Source: Oligoflexales bacterium | GTDB taxonomy: Bacteria > Bdellovibrionota_B > Oligoflexia > Oligoflexales > JAPPIL01 | NCBI GenBank assembly: GCA_965226195.1 | Contig: OZ245333.1 | Span: forward strand, 2,087,127-2,151,126 | Direction: 5' to 3' | DNA length: 64,000 bases | Shown here: positions 17,756-26,853 of the stretch, piece after piece | Layout: each line of letters starts with the position of its first letter | Numbering within the stretch: the stretch's first letter is position 1 | Notes under the pieces: model-generated | The model's input: only the letters and a program-made list of their open reading frames with translations | What the model was told of the DNA's origin: nothing | Database searches by the model: none | Made by a program: the position numbers and the translations under genes

Positions 17756-18196
17756 CTAGCGCCCACTGCTACATTTTTGCTCAGCTGCTAACCATGCCGT
17801 GATGCCCTCCTCGGTGATGTGTCCTGCGGCAACTTGGTTGCCCCCACCATGGGTATCGTCAGTGATCTTGTCAAGCAGCACACCATCTCCCATCAGCCAC
17901 CTGTTGCGGTGAGAAATCATATTAGCCCGATTGCCGGTGGCGGTATCTTCGTTTTCTTTCTTTAGCAGCTCAAGTCCACCACCGGGAGCGTCGGCATCAC
18001 TGCCATGACAGCCTCCGCCGCTACACGATGCATCTATGGCAGTCTGGATATTTAGCTCAAAAGTATAGAGTGCTAGTTGGGGGCACTCTTTTCCTTCGAT
18101 TGGTGGTAGTTCGGGTGTGGGGGACTGTGGGTCGTTGTTCTCGTCGCTGCACTGCCAGATAGAGCACAGCAGCACGATGCACAAGATGCGCGCCAT
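17756..18196 (-). CDS. Putative lipoprotein with a CX4CH (heme-c-like) motif; paralog of 16988-17467
   Basis: Start chosen at MARILCIVLLCSIWQC (lipobox-like). Motif SCSGGGCHG and a conserved C-terminal ...TAWLAAEQKC. Confidence 0.55.
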   Translation of the reverse strand: MARILCIVLLCSIWQCSDENNDPQSPTPELPPIEGKECPQLALYTFELNIQTAIDASCSGGGCHGSDADAPGGGLELLKKENEDTATGNRANMISHRNRWLMGDGVLLDKITDDTHGGGNQVAAGHITEEGITAWLAAEQKCSSGR

Positions 18197-18314
18197 GGGT
18201 AAATCCTTGCATTGAACTAGAATTCCTTCCCTCCATGTTAGCATGGAGAAGATTGAAATTCCAGAACTAGTTAGTTATAATCATGGGTGATTTTGTTTTT
18301 CAGCGGGTTTTGCT

Positions 18315-18773
18315 GTGCGTTATTGGTTGATGAAATGCGAGCCGTCGGTCTACTCGATAGACGACTTGCAAAAAGAAAAAAACGCCATCTGGGACGGGGT
18401 GCGCAATTATCAAGCACGCAACATGTTGCGCGACGACATCAAGTTGCACGACAAAGTGCTCTTCTACCATTCCAATGCTAATCCTTCGGGTGTTGCGGGC
18501 ACGGCAGTGGTCAGCAGGGAGTCTTTCCCCGACCCGACCGCATTCGACCCTGAGTCACAATACTACGACCGCCAGTCTAGTGTTTATGAGCCGCGTTGGT
18601 TTAGTGTTGAGGTGACCTTCGTTGCCAAGTTTACTGTCTTTGTACCGCTTGCACTTTTGAAGACCACCCGCGGCTTGGAGAACATGCTGGTCATCAAAAA
18701 AGGCATGCGTCTGTCAGTGCAGCCCTGCAACGAGAAAGAATACAACATCATCGTCAAGCTTGGACAAGGCTGA
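18315..18773 (+). CDS. EVE (PUA-like, DUF55) domain protein
   Basis: 152-aa ORF with the typical EVE N-terminus YWLMKCEP..YSIDDL......WDGVRNYQARN. Confidence 0.75.
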   Translation: MRYWLMKCEPSVYSIDDLQKEKNAIWDGVRNYQARNMLRDDIKLHDKVLFYHSNANPSGVAGTAVVSRESFPDPTAFDPESQYYDRQSSVYEPRWFSVEVTFVAKFTVFVPLALLKTTRGLENMLVIKKGMRLSVQPCNEKEYNIIVKLGQG

Positions 18774-18806
18774 GTTTTTTCAGCTGCGACAAGCAAATGA
18801 CAAAAA

Positions 18807-19899
18807 CTAACTCTTGAGTTTGCTGAGCAGAAAGGTGTGAATAAACTCCTCAATACCTCCGTCGAGCACGTTGTCAGGGTTGTGGTGTTCGAGTGAGGTG
18901 CGGTGATCCTTGACCATCTTGTAGGGGTGAAGGACGTAGCTTCTGATTTGATTGCCCCACGCAATGCTGCTCTTCTGGCTTTCTTCCTGTTCGGCTTGTT
19001 TTTTGCGCTCTTCGAGTTGGCGTTCGTAGAGTCGGCTCTTTAAAATTTTCATCGCCTGATCGCGGTTTTGGTGCTGGGAGCGCTGGGTCTGGCTTTGCAC
19101 CACAACCCCCGTAGGCCGGTGGGTAATGCGCACGGCAGAGTCGGTCTTGTTTACGTGCTGCCCACCCGCACCGCTGGCACGATAGGTGTCGATGCGCAAA
19201 TCGGAAGTATTAATTTCTATTTTAATGTCGTCTTCCACCACTGGCGCAACATAGACTGAAGCGAAACTGGTATGACGACGTGCACCCGTGTCAAAGGGAC
19301 TGATGCGCACGAGACGATGCACGCCAATTTCTGACTTCAGCAAGCCATAGGCATACTCGCCGCTGACCTCGAAGGTAACGTTCTTAACCCCCGCCTCTTC
19401 ACCGTCGAGTTGATCGAAAATTTCGCGACTGAAGCCCTTGATTTCAGCAAAACGCAAATACATGCGCAGCAGCATCGCCACCCAGTCGCAGGATTCCGTG
19501 CCACCCGCACCCGCGTTGATGGTAACGAGAGCCGCACTGCTGTCGAGCTTGCCACCGAGCAAACTCTCGACCTCCAATGCACTCAACGTCCGTGTGAAAT
19601 CACGCAGCAGTTGCTCAGCCTCAGTGCGAAACTCATCCCCTTCGTGGGCTAATTCGCATGCCGTTTCCAGATCGCCACACAAAGCATCGAGCTTCTGCAC
19701 CGTCGCGAGAAAACCTGCCAGTGCTTTCTTCTCCTTCGCTACTCGTGCCGCTTCTTGTGGCTTATCCCACAAAGTTGCCAGCTGCTCTTCTAACTGCTGC
19801 AAGCGCGTATGCTTGGCCTCGATGTCAAAGAAACCCCCGAATCTGCTTGAATTTTTCCTGCAGACCAGCAAATTCTGCTACAATCGTATCTAGTTCCAC
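18807..19899 (-). CDS. prfB: Peptide chain release factor 2 (requires programmed +1 frameshift)
   Basis: The main ORF carries SPF-type RF2 sequence and the GGQ motif (YRASGAGGQHVNKTDSAVRITH). A short upstream frame (GTG at 19899, preceded by GAGGAG) ends at CTT TGA C. The exact start is uncertain. Confidence 0.9.
19824..19839 (-). promoter_or_regulatory. prfB: prfB +1 programmed frameshift site (CGGGGG TTT CTT TGA C)
   Basis: The reverse complement of 19824-19839 reads cgggggtttctttgac. This gives an SD-like GGGGG 3 nt upstream of the CTT-TGA-C slippery/stop context, identical in logic to E. coli prfB. Confidence 0.85.
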
Positions 19900-19912
19900 C
19901 CACTTCTCCTCG

Positions 19913-20983
19913 TTAGATTTGCCGACAATTGAGCTGAGCACCCGCTGGTACAATCAGCACCGCCGCACTGTTTTTTTCGCACATAACCTCCATCTTGCCA
20001 AGCTTGGCAGGCAGAAACAACGGTTGATAGCCAGCAATTTTTGTCGGCCCCAGCTGCCAAGTTCCTCGCCAACACAACATGATGCCATAACCATCAACTA
20101 TGTTCAGACTCAACGCAGTGCGTTGTGTGGCAGTGAGCGTGAACAAACAGTAGTAAGGATTGTTGCTGCGCTGTAAAATTTCCATCCCTTGTATGCAAAA
20201 ATGTTTTTGCGCTGACGGTAAGATACGTGGGTGCAGTTTTTCTCGCTGTTGTGCGGCGGTATTGATCAGCGGCAGGGCGCGGGCGAGGGTTAGCGGACGA
20301 GCTTTGCCGTGTTGCGGGTCAAGCTCACCGGCATCGTTATACTTGTGTCCCCAATCCCAGAGACGTAACGTTTCACCACCGCGTCCTTGCAACAAGTGTT
20401 GCACCTCCAGCACGACTGCACCAGCACCGAGTGCATGTATAGTGCACGGGGGAATTTCTAGGTAGCTGTCTTGGTGCAACGCAAGCGTCGCCAGCTGTGT
20501 TGCTAACGTTCCCGCACTAATTTCTTCCCGCAATTGTGACCTGCTCAGCATCGTGTCGAAGCCAACATAAGCCTTGCTGTTTTCTACCGCCGCGAGCACT
20601 AACCATGACTCCCACTTGCCTGCCAGTGGTGTGTCAACATCTAAATCAGGGTGTAGTTGCACTGACAAGGGCCGTGCTGTGTTAATTAGTTTTACCAACA
20701 ATTGACAGTAGGGGCCGCGCTGCTCGACCACTGCCTCAGATAGTGCCGCACGTGGGTCGGCAGCAATGGCTGTGTCGAGGCGTGTTTGCGTGGACACAAC
20801 CCGTGAGGGATACTGTGGGTCGCAGGAAAACTCCCAGCATTCACCGATTCGTGGACGCGATTTACCTTGTGTTAAGTCGTTGCACAGCAGCGGGTAGATG
20901 TCTTGCCCCGCCCAAGGCGTGCGGGATAACGGCAAGGCATTGAGTGGCTGCAACAGGATGGGGCGAGTGAAATCGACCGACAT
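19913..20983 (-). CDS. Mannose-6-phosphate isomerase, class I-like
   Basis: N-terminal PWAG...IGECWEFS and ...LLVKLINTARPLSVQLHPD motifs resemble type I PMI (ManA). Confidence 0.55.
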   Translation of the reverse strand: MSVDFTRPILLQPLNALPLSRTPWAGQDIYPLLCNDLTQGKSRPRIGECWEFSCDPQYPSRVVSTQTRLDTAIAADPRAALSEAVVEQRGPYCQLLVKLINTARPLSVQLHPDLDVDTPLAGKWESWLVLAAVENSKAYVGFDTMLSRSQLREEISAGTLATQLATLALHQDSYLEIPPCTIHALGAGAVVLEVQHLLQGRGGETLRLWDWGHKYNDAGELDPQHGKARPLTLARALPLINTAAQQREKLHPRILPSAQKHFCIQGMEILQRSNNPYYCLFTLTATQRTALSLNIVDGYGIMLCWRGTWQLGPTKIAGYQPLFLPAKLGKMEVMCEKNSAAVLIVPAGAQLNCRQI

Positions 20984-21324
20984 CAGCCCGGTGGCCAGCC
21001 AAGTTGTTTGCCACCGAGAATATGTGCATGAATATAGTCAACACTCTGCTGTCCGTGTTTGCCAATGTTAAAGACGATGCGATAACCGTCTTCGCCCGTA
21101 AGTTTTTGGGCGACGCGAGCAATGCCTTGAATGTAGCGACCGATCGATGCGGGGTCACCCTGTTGGAAATCAGCAAAAGATGTGCGCTTCTCTTTGGGGA
21201 TGACCAACACATGCACGGGAGCTTGCGCGTTGTTATCCTCGAAGGCGAGCATATCGTCGTCCTCGTGAATGATTGTCGCGGGCAGTTCCTTGCGAATAAT
21301 TTGGTCGAAAACAGAGTCAGCCAA
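20983..21324 (-). CDS. HIT (histidine triad) family nucleotide-binding protein
   Basis: 113-aa ORF with the HIT motif YIHAHILGG and a HinT-like N-terminus (IFDQIIRKELPA). Confidence 0.85.
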   Translation of the reverse strand: MADSVFDQIIRKELPATIIHEDDDMLAFEDNNAQAPVHVLVIPKEKRTSFADFQQGDPASIGRYIQGIARVAQKLTGEDGYRIVFNIGKHGQQSVDYIHAHILGGKQLGWPPG

Positions 21325-21409
21325 TGCTACACCTCAAATTAAGTTTACGCCAGAGCACAACAATTAGGTTAAATTTTTCTGTTAATCAGTATGCACTAGG
21401 GTTATACTC

Positions 21410-21715
21410 ATGATTGTTGTCTGTGGCAAGACTAACTTGAGGTTTCGGTCATTGGCATACCGCAAAATTATCGTCGATAATCCTGTTTGCATGCGCCGTT
21501 TTCACCTCGCTTGTGATGACGAAGCTGGAGCGGCAGAAGCGCCCGTGGAACTGCGTTGTCCTCATTGTCAAGTGGTTATTTTTAAAACTGACGGCCAGTC
21601 TGCTGTGCATTTTTTGCGCGAGGAAAACCTCACCAAAGTCACTGCACTTAGTTCGCAGTTGATCAACGACTGTGCCTTGCAGGATAATTTTCAGCGCTCA
21701 CCGCGAGGTGGATGA
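21410..21715 (+). CDS. Hypothetical small Cys-containing (zinc-ribbon-like) protein
   Basis: 101-aa ORF with a CPHC pair and further Cys residues. It ends 1 nt before the GATase start. Support is weak. Confidence 0.3.
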   Translation: MIVVCGKTNLRFRSLAYRKIIVDNPVCMRRFHLACDDEAGAAEAPVELRCPHCQVVIFKTDGQSAVHFLREENLTKVTALSSQLINDCALQDNFQRSPRGG

Positions 21716-21716
21716 G

Positions 21717-22379
21717 ATGTCTGCATGTGTGGCGGTGATCGATCCTGCGGTCAGTTCTCCAGCGACAACTGGTTTTAATGAGATGGCGATGTTGTCGCCC
21801 CTGCCGCTCACCTATCACTTGCCTTTTTTGTATGGCATCACATCGTTGCTCTCTCTCAATCAGGATAAAATTGCGGGTGCGGTTGTGCTGGGTAGTAACA
21901 GTAGCATCAACTCACCTTTCCCACACCAAGAACTGTTTACTGCATGGCTGCACAGATTTTGCGAGCGACAACGACCGCTACTCGGTATTTGCTACGGTCA
22001 CCAGTTGCTCGCTTCGGTTTTTGGCGGCAAGGTGGCTTTCATGCATCCCGACCTCAAGAAAATATCAGGCTTGCGCAACATCGAGGTGCTGGGCGACGAG
22101 CGACTCGGCATTGTCGCACGGCAGCAGGAGATGGTCGTCTCACACAACGAAATCGTCACCACTATCCCCGATGGTTTCGAGGTCTTCGCCCGCAGCAAGG
22201 ACATCCCTTATGAGGGATTGCGTCATCGTGAGTTGCCTATTTGGACAATGCAGGCACATGTTGAAGCAACACAGGAGTTTCTCTACAGTCAGGGTATCCG
22301 CATGAGTTTGCCTGCGGAGGTCAAAGCGCGAGGGTTTGCTCTGATTGCCGCTTTCCTTGCCTACTGCAACAAAATTTGA
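21717..22379 (+). CDS. Class I glutamine amidotransferase-like protein
   Basis: GATase1 nucleophile elbow LLGICYGHQLLA. The start is set at MSACVAVID. Confidence 0.7.
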   Translation: MSACVAVIDPAVSSPATTGFNEMAMLSPLPLTYHLPFLYGITSLLSLNQDKIAGAVVLGSNSSINSPFPHQELFTAWLHRFCERQRPLLGICYGHQLLASVFGGKVAFMHPDLKKISGLRNIEVLGDERLGIVARQQEMVVSHNEIVTTIPDGFEVFARSKDIPYEGLRHRELPIWTMQAHVEATQEFLYSQGIRMSLPAEVKARGFALIAAFLAYCNKI

Positions 22380-22482
22380 TTTTTCCGCGGCTTTTGCTAT
22401 CGTCGCATGTGTGCTATGCTGGAGCTAGAAAGCGGCAAAAAGTCTCCACGAGGCTTGAGTCTGATTGAAACAGAGGAGTGTT

Positions 22483-22962
22483 ATGGATACGGCTGGTTTT
22501 GCTAAAGTAAAGGGCTATCTCAACGAACTGGGATTGGCGATTATCAAGGAGGTTGCCGACGATGACCTGTTTATCGTGCAGGACGAGGACAACGGCATCA
22601 ACAATTTAGTTATCGATGTCGAAGACCCGATTGTTGTTCTCGAACAGTTTATCATGGACGTGCCTAAGCAGGGGCAGGAGTATTTTTATCGTCGCCTGCT
22701 GCAGATGAACCGCGCACTCGTGCACGGTGCATTTGTGCTCGATGGGGAGCTAGAAAGCGGCAAAAAGTTAGCGGCACAGCCGCTAGAAAGCGGCAAAAAT
22801 CTGCGACATGAGCGTAGCGAAGTGGTGGCACAACGTGTTTATTTTCGGGATACCTTGCAGCTGCAAAATCTTGATCTCAACGAACTTGAAGCTTCGATCA
22901 AGGCGTTGTCGCTAGGTTTGGCTGAAGTCAGTAGCGAGCTGATTGAATTTTCCAAAAACTAA
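22483..22962 (+). CDS. YjfI-like (DUF2170-like) protein paired with PspA, carrying two in-frame repeat units
   Basis: The ATG at 22483 is preceded by AGAGGAG, and the gene lies immediately upstream of a PspA-family gene, as in yjfI-yjfJ. The internal LESGKKLAAQP-LESGKNLRHE segment is encoded by repeat units at 22746-22800. The family call is tentative. Confidence 0.5.
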   Translation: MDTAGFAKVKGYLNELGLAIIKEVADDDLFIVQDEDNGINNLVIDVEDPIVVLEQFIMDVPKQGQEYFYRRLLQMNRALVHGAFVLDGELESGKKLAAQPLESGKNLRHERSEVVAQRVYFRDTLQLQNLDLNELEASIKALSLGLAEVSSELIEFSKN

Positions 22963-22976
22963 CGGAGGTTGTAATA

Positions 22977-23681
22977 ATGACAGGCTTTTTTATGCGGTTG
23001 TTTGGTGTAGCAAAATCAGAAGGACATGCATTGATTGACAAGCTGGAAGACCCTATCAAGATGACAGAGCAGGGGTTGCGGGATTTGCGCAATGATTTAG
23101 AGTTGTCGATGCGCAGCTTGGCACAGGTAAAGGCAGAGTGTATTCGCATGCAGCGTGATGCTGATGACCAACGGCGGGCGGCGGAGGATTTCGAGCGCAA
23201 GGCGAGGTTGTTACTGACTCGCCTGAAAGAGGGTGAGCTGACTGCGGACAAGGCAGAGCCGTTGGCGGCAGAGGCACTTAACAAGCAGAAGGAATACCTT
23301 GAGCGTTGCAACACACTTGAGACACAGCATGCCACTCAGCAGCGTGCCACCGAGCAGTTGCAGGTCAAAGTCAACAAACTGCACCAAACGATTCGCAAAT
23401 ACGATAACGAACTGCTGACCTTGAAGGCAAGGGCACGCACGGCACAATCGATGCGCAAGATCAATCAGCAGCTGGCGGGGGTTGACTCCGGCTCGACGAT
23501 TTCCATGCTGGAGAAGATGAAAACTCGTGTCGTTGAGGAAGAGTCGCTGGCTGAGGCTTACGGTGAGGTGGGGGCAAGCGTGTCCACCGTCGAGCAGGAA
23601 ATCGACGATACCTTGCGTGGCTCTGCGGCAGTAAGCAGTGCGTCATTAGCGGATTTGAAGAAAAAAATGGGCATCACCTGA
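22977..23681 (+). CDS. PspA/IM30 family protein
   Basis: 234-aa coiled-coil ORF with a PspA-type N-terminus (LIDKLEDPIKMTEQGLRDLRNDL). GGAGG lies 9 nt upstream of the ATG. Confidence 0.85.
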   Translation: MTGFFMRLFGVAKSEGHALIDKLEDPIKMTEQGLRDLRNDLELSMRSLAQVKAECIRMQRDADDQRRAAEDFERKARLLLTRLKEGELTADKAEPLAAEALNKQKEYLERCNTLETQHATQQRATEQLQVKVNKLHQTIRKYDNELLTLKARARTAQSMRKINQQLAGVDSGSTISMLEKMKTRVVEEESLAEAYGEVGASVSTVEQEIDDTLRGSAAVSSASLADLKKKMGIT

Positions 23682-23682
23682 C

Positions 23683-23922
23683 GTGGCCAACCCCAAGAAA
23701 TACGGCATAGTCTTTTACAACACACTAGCCGCGGCCAAGAACGACATCGACAACATTCGTTCCAAAGCACGCGGCCTCGACCAACTGAACATCGTCATCA
23801 GGGCCGAGGCAGACATGAACGACCCTGACCTCAACCTTATCGGCAAGGTCTTCGCTGGCCTCGCCTGGGCGACAATTCACGAACGCCGTATTGCCGAAGG
23901 CTGGTATCTCGACCCACACTGA
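23683..23922 (+). CDS. Hypothetical small protein
   Basis: 79-aa ORF that starts 2 nt after the pspA stop. No homology recognised. Confidence 0.35.
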   Translation: MANPKKYGIVFYNTLAAAKNDIDNIRSKARGLDQLNIVIRAEADMNDPDLNLIGKVFAGLAWATIHERRIAEGWYLDPH

Positions 23923-24209
23923 TCACTCGCGGCGGTATTCTGCCACGTGGGGCAGGACGAGTTGCACTTATTAACTTGGTGGTTATACCAGCAGCAGTCA
24001 CTGTATGCCTCGCAGTCCTGCGGCTCGCCGTCAAAATACCAACAAGCACTACCTTCAGCCTCTCGGCATTGCCCTGAGTCCCAGTCATATTCGCAGAAAG
24101 GATACCGAGAGTCGCATGCTGCACTACCGCCGTAAATACTACAGCCGTATTCAGCTGTGGCAACACTGCTCACCAGAAAAACCCCCAGCACGACACAAAT
24201 TTTTCTCAT
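23877..24209 (-). CDS. Small secreted cysteine-rich protein
   Basis: Signal peptide MRKICVVLGVFLVSSVATA followed by a mature part of about 90 aa with 12 Cys. Its 3' end overlaps the convergent 23683-23922 ORF. Confidence 0.45.
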   Translation of the reverse strand: MRKICVVLGVFLVSSVATAEYGCSIYGGSAACDSRYPFCEYDWDSGQCREAEGSACWYFDGEPQDCEAYSDCCWYNHQVNKCNSSCPTWQNTAASDQCGSRYQPSAIRRS

Positions 24210-24287
24210 GCCCATCTCTCCTGATTGGAATTTTCAATAATTGTGTGGCACTATCGCTCAATTACCTGAAGTTTGCAACCAAGTATT

Positions 24288-24499
24288 TGTTTTTATTGTG
24301 GGGAACGCTGGCTTTGTTGCATAAGTTCCGTTGATTATAACATGCTGTTATCATAGCATTTTTATGTGGGGAGCGTTCCCCTCCCCGCTTTGCACGGCTC
24401 TTTGCCAAAGGCGTGCCCGAAGGCACGCCTAGCTCCACCCCCCCCTGCGTGTTCGCAGACTTCTCGTTTGGGTCAGGTGCAATCATCCTGCTGCACCAT
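24288..24499. repeat. Copy B of the ~215-bp duplicated non-coding element (partner at 13308-13522)
   Basis: Near-identical to copy A, and includes the same GGCGTGCC-CGAA-GGCACGCC hairpin (24410-24429). Confidence 0.85.
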
Positions 24500-24883
24500 G
24501 TCTCATGCTAAAGCATTGGCGTGAAATGGTTTGCAGGTCTGCTTGCACCTGACCATTGTCAATTTCTGTGGACACTACGGGCCTGTGCGTGGTGCAGGCA
24601 TTACCTTTGCAACACCTATAAGATTCTTACTGCTAAAGGGTTATAGGATATAAACATGCCTGCCCTGAGTTATGCAACAAAGCCGGACATGCTGGGTGCT
24701 CTCGCTACTTGCTTTCACTACTTGATGCTGAAGGAGACTAAAAAGCAATCAGAGGGGTACCGGCTATTTTGACCCATGTCTGCAACAACCATCTTTATAG
24801 GAGCTAACAAAAAGACAGCAAGCATCGACCCGTCATCTGCGCCAGCAGCTGAAAAAAACTAAGCTGCGCTAGCAAGTAACACC

Positions 24884-25864
24884 TTATGTCACATGAACAA
24901 GGATACGCTTGCTGGTTTTACGAGCTAGCATCTGCTCGGCTACTGAAGGTAAGTCGGTGAGTGTAATTTCTTTGTCGCACAACATGTCAAATTGACGTGG
25001 CTTAAGCTCGGCCGCGAGGCGTTGCCAAAGACGGCGGCGTTGTGACCGCGGACAGTTGTTGGAGCTGATACCGAGCAAATTCACCCCGCGCAGAATGTGA
25101 GGGAAGATAGTGCTGTTGAGGTCGGCAGAAGACGCAAGACCGACACAGGCAACGTTACCATGTAGTGCGGTTGCCTTGAGCAAGGCTGTCAGGTATTTGC
25201 CGCCAAGATTATCGATTGCCCCGCCCCAACGCACTGAGGCAAGCGGTGCTGAGCTATGCTCAAGCAACTGTGCGGTTGTGCAGATTTTCTCCGCCCCTAA
25301 CTGTTGTAGCCACGTGTGGCTGCCCTGCTTGTCGCTCACGGCGATAACTTTGTAACCACGCTGACTGAAAATAGCGACGGCGATACTGCCAACTCCGCCT
25401 GAAGCTCCTGTGATAACAATATCACCTAGCTCTGGCATTTGTGCATTGCGTTCCATCTGTTCGAGACATAGTGCTGCAGTAAATCCCGCCGTGCCGAGTG
25501 TAATTGCTTCCTTTAGTGTCAGACCTTGCGGCAAGGGAATGAGATGCTGGGCTGCGACCGCGGCTATCTCGCAGTAACCACCATCGTGTTCTTCCCCCAG
25601 CCCGCAACCTGTAGCCAGCACCTTGTCACCGCAAATAAACGGAGCAGTGCCAGCATCGAGCACTTCACCAGCAAGGTCAACACCAGCAATCAGCGGAAAC
25701 TTGCGAATAATACGTCCACGACCTGTGATTGCCAATGCGTCCTTGTAGTTGAGTGCCGAGTAATGCACTCGCACCAGCACTTGCCCTGCACGCGACACGG
25801 GTGCCGCGGCATCAACTATCTCTGCCTTGTAGGTGTCGGTGTTAGAAATTTGTAAAGCTTTCAA
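24884..25864 (-). CDS. YhdH/AcuI-type NADPH-dependent oxidoreductase (MDR superfamily)
   Basis: YhdH-like motifs VHYSALNYKDALAITG, FPLIAGVDLAGEV and ITGASGGVGS. The likely start is the TTG at 25864, which overlaps the upstream gene's TGA (TTGA). Confidence 0.8.
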   Translation of the reverse strand: MKALQISNTDTYKAEIVDAAAPVSRAGQVLVRVHYSALNYKDALAITGRGRIIRKFPLIAGVDLAGEVLDAGTAPFICGDKVLATGCGLGEEHDGGYCEIAAVAAQHLIPLPQGLTLKEAITLGTAGFTAALCLEQMERNAQMPELGDIVITGASGGVGSIAVAIFSQRGYKVIAVSDKQGSHTWLQQLGAEKICTTAQLLEHSSAPLASVRWGGAIDNLGGKYLTALLKATALHGNVACVGLASSADLNSTIFPHILRGVNLLGISSNNCPRSQRRRLWQRLAAELKPRQFDMLCDKEITLTDLPSVAEQMLARKTSKRILVHVT

Positions 25865-26556
25865 TGCTGCTGCTTTCCTTGCGGTGTTAGTGCGACGCTC
25901 AAGCCCTTCATGGCATAGTAGAGGCAACCGCCGTTAAAAATGTGCCAGAGAAAGTGCGTGCCAGTCGGAAAATGCGGGCAGATGTGTGCGTCAAGAATGC
26001 GGCAAAATAGCGAGGCGGAAAAAAAAGCAAGTGCCACACCGTAGATTGTTGCTTCTGCGCAGCGACGACGTAAGCGATCAAGATAAAACAAGGCGATAAC
26101 CAGCAACGGGCTGAAGTAAAATTCCGAGTTGTTCAAAAATTCAATCTTGAAAACACGCAAAAATGCGGTGCAAATTACAAACAACATGGTAATGGCAATC
26201 GTAGTGCTTGTCTTGAGACGCAGCACGCAAGTCAGCCAAGTGATAACGTAGACAATCATGAACAAGCTTATCGGGCCAACATCAAGAAACAACGCCCAGA
26301 AGCGAGCAAAACTGTGGAACAGTGAACTGCCAATTGCAATTGCTAAAATTAAATACTGGAGAACTGTAAACAACAACGCGCAGTTTAGCGGGCGTAACTT
26401 TCTCACCGCAAAGAAAGCGATAAAAAAGGCAAGGTTGGAAAATAAATTCCACGGCTCTGCCAGCAGTCCGTCCGCGGTGCGCTCGCAGTATAAGTCAACC
26501 AGCCCGCTCAGCGGCGGAATGTCATGTAGCCAAGTCTTATCCATAGCTGCCTGCAC
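25861..26556 (-). CDS. Ceramidase-like (alkaline ceramidase/CREST superfamily) membrane protein
   Basis: 7-TM-like ORF with YCE....EPWNLFSNLAF, GSSLFH and HFLWHIF motifs. Confidence 0.6.
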   Translation of the reverse strand: MQAAMDKTWLHDIPPLSGLVDLYCERTADGLLAEPWNLFSNLAFFIAFFAVRKLRPLNCALLFTVLQYLILAIAIGSSLFHSFARFWALFLDVGPISLFMIVYVITWLTCVLRLKTSTTIAITMLFVICTAFLRVFKIEFLNNSEFYFSPLLVIALFYLDRLRRRCAEATIYGVALAFFSASLFCRILDAHICPHFPTGTHFLWHIFNGGCLYYAMKGLSVALTPQGKQQH

Positions 26557-26853
26557 ATGTTGTCAGTAGCTGGGGCACGACGCGGATAGTTCGGCCTGAA
26601 TCTGTTGCTGACAACATATGACGCACATAGTTGCACGGTGAATTCTTTGCCGCTTTCTCGCTCTAACCTTTAAGCATAGCAGCACTGCTGGGTCAAAGCA
26701 AAAAATACGTCTGTACCTCTTGCGTAGCATGCGAAAATCGTTTCTAATTATACACAGAGCTAATTTTTACAATCGGGCTAGTTTGCTGCTGCGTTGACTG
26801 TCTGCTCGTAGCTTGGGGCTAGCTTATATTCGCGGGGAAGGGATATTTTTACC

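Noticed and set aside
13308-24499. The two ~215-bp direct repeats next to tRNA-Gly considered as att sites of an 11-kb integrated element
   Set aside because: The intervening DNA carries core genes (ssb, prfB, HIT, pspA) with normal composition. There is no integrase, and the repeat does not include the tRNA 3' end.
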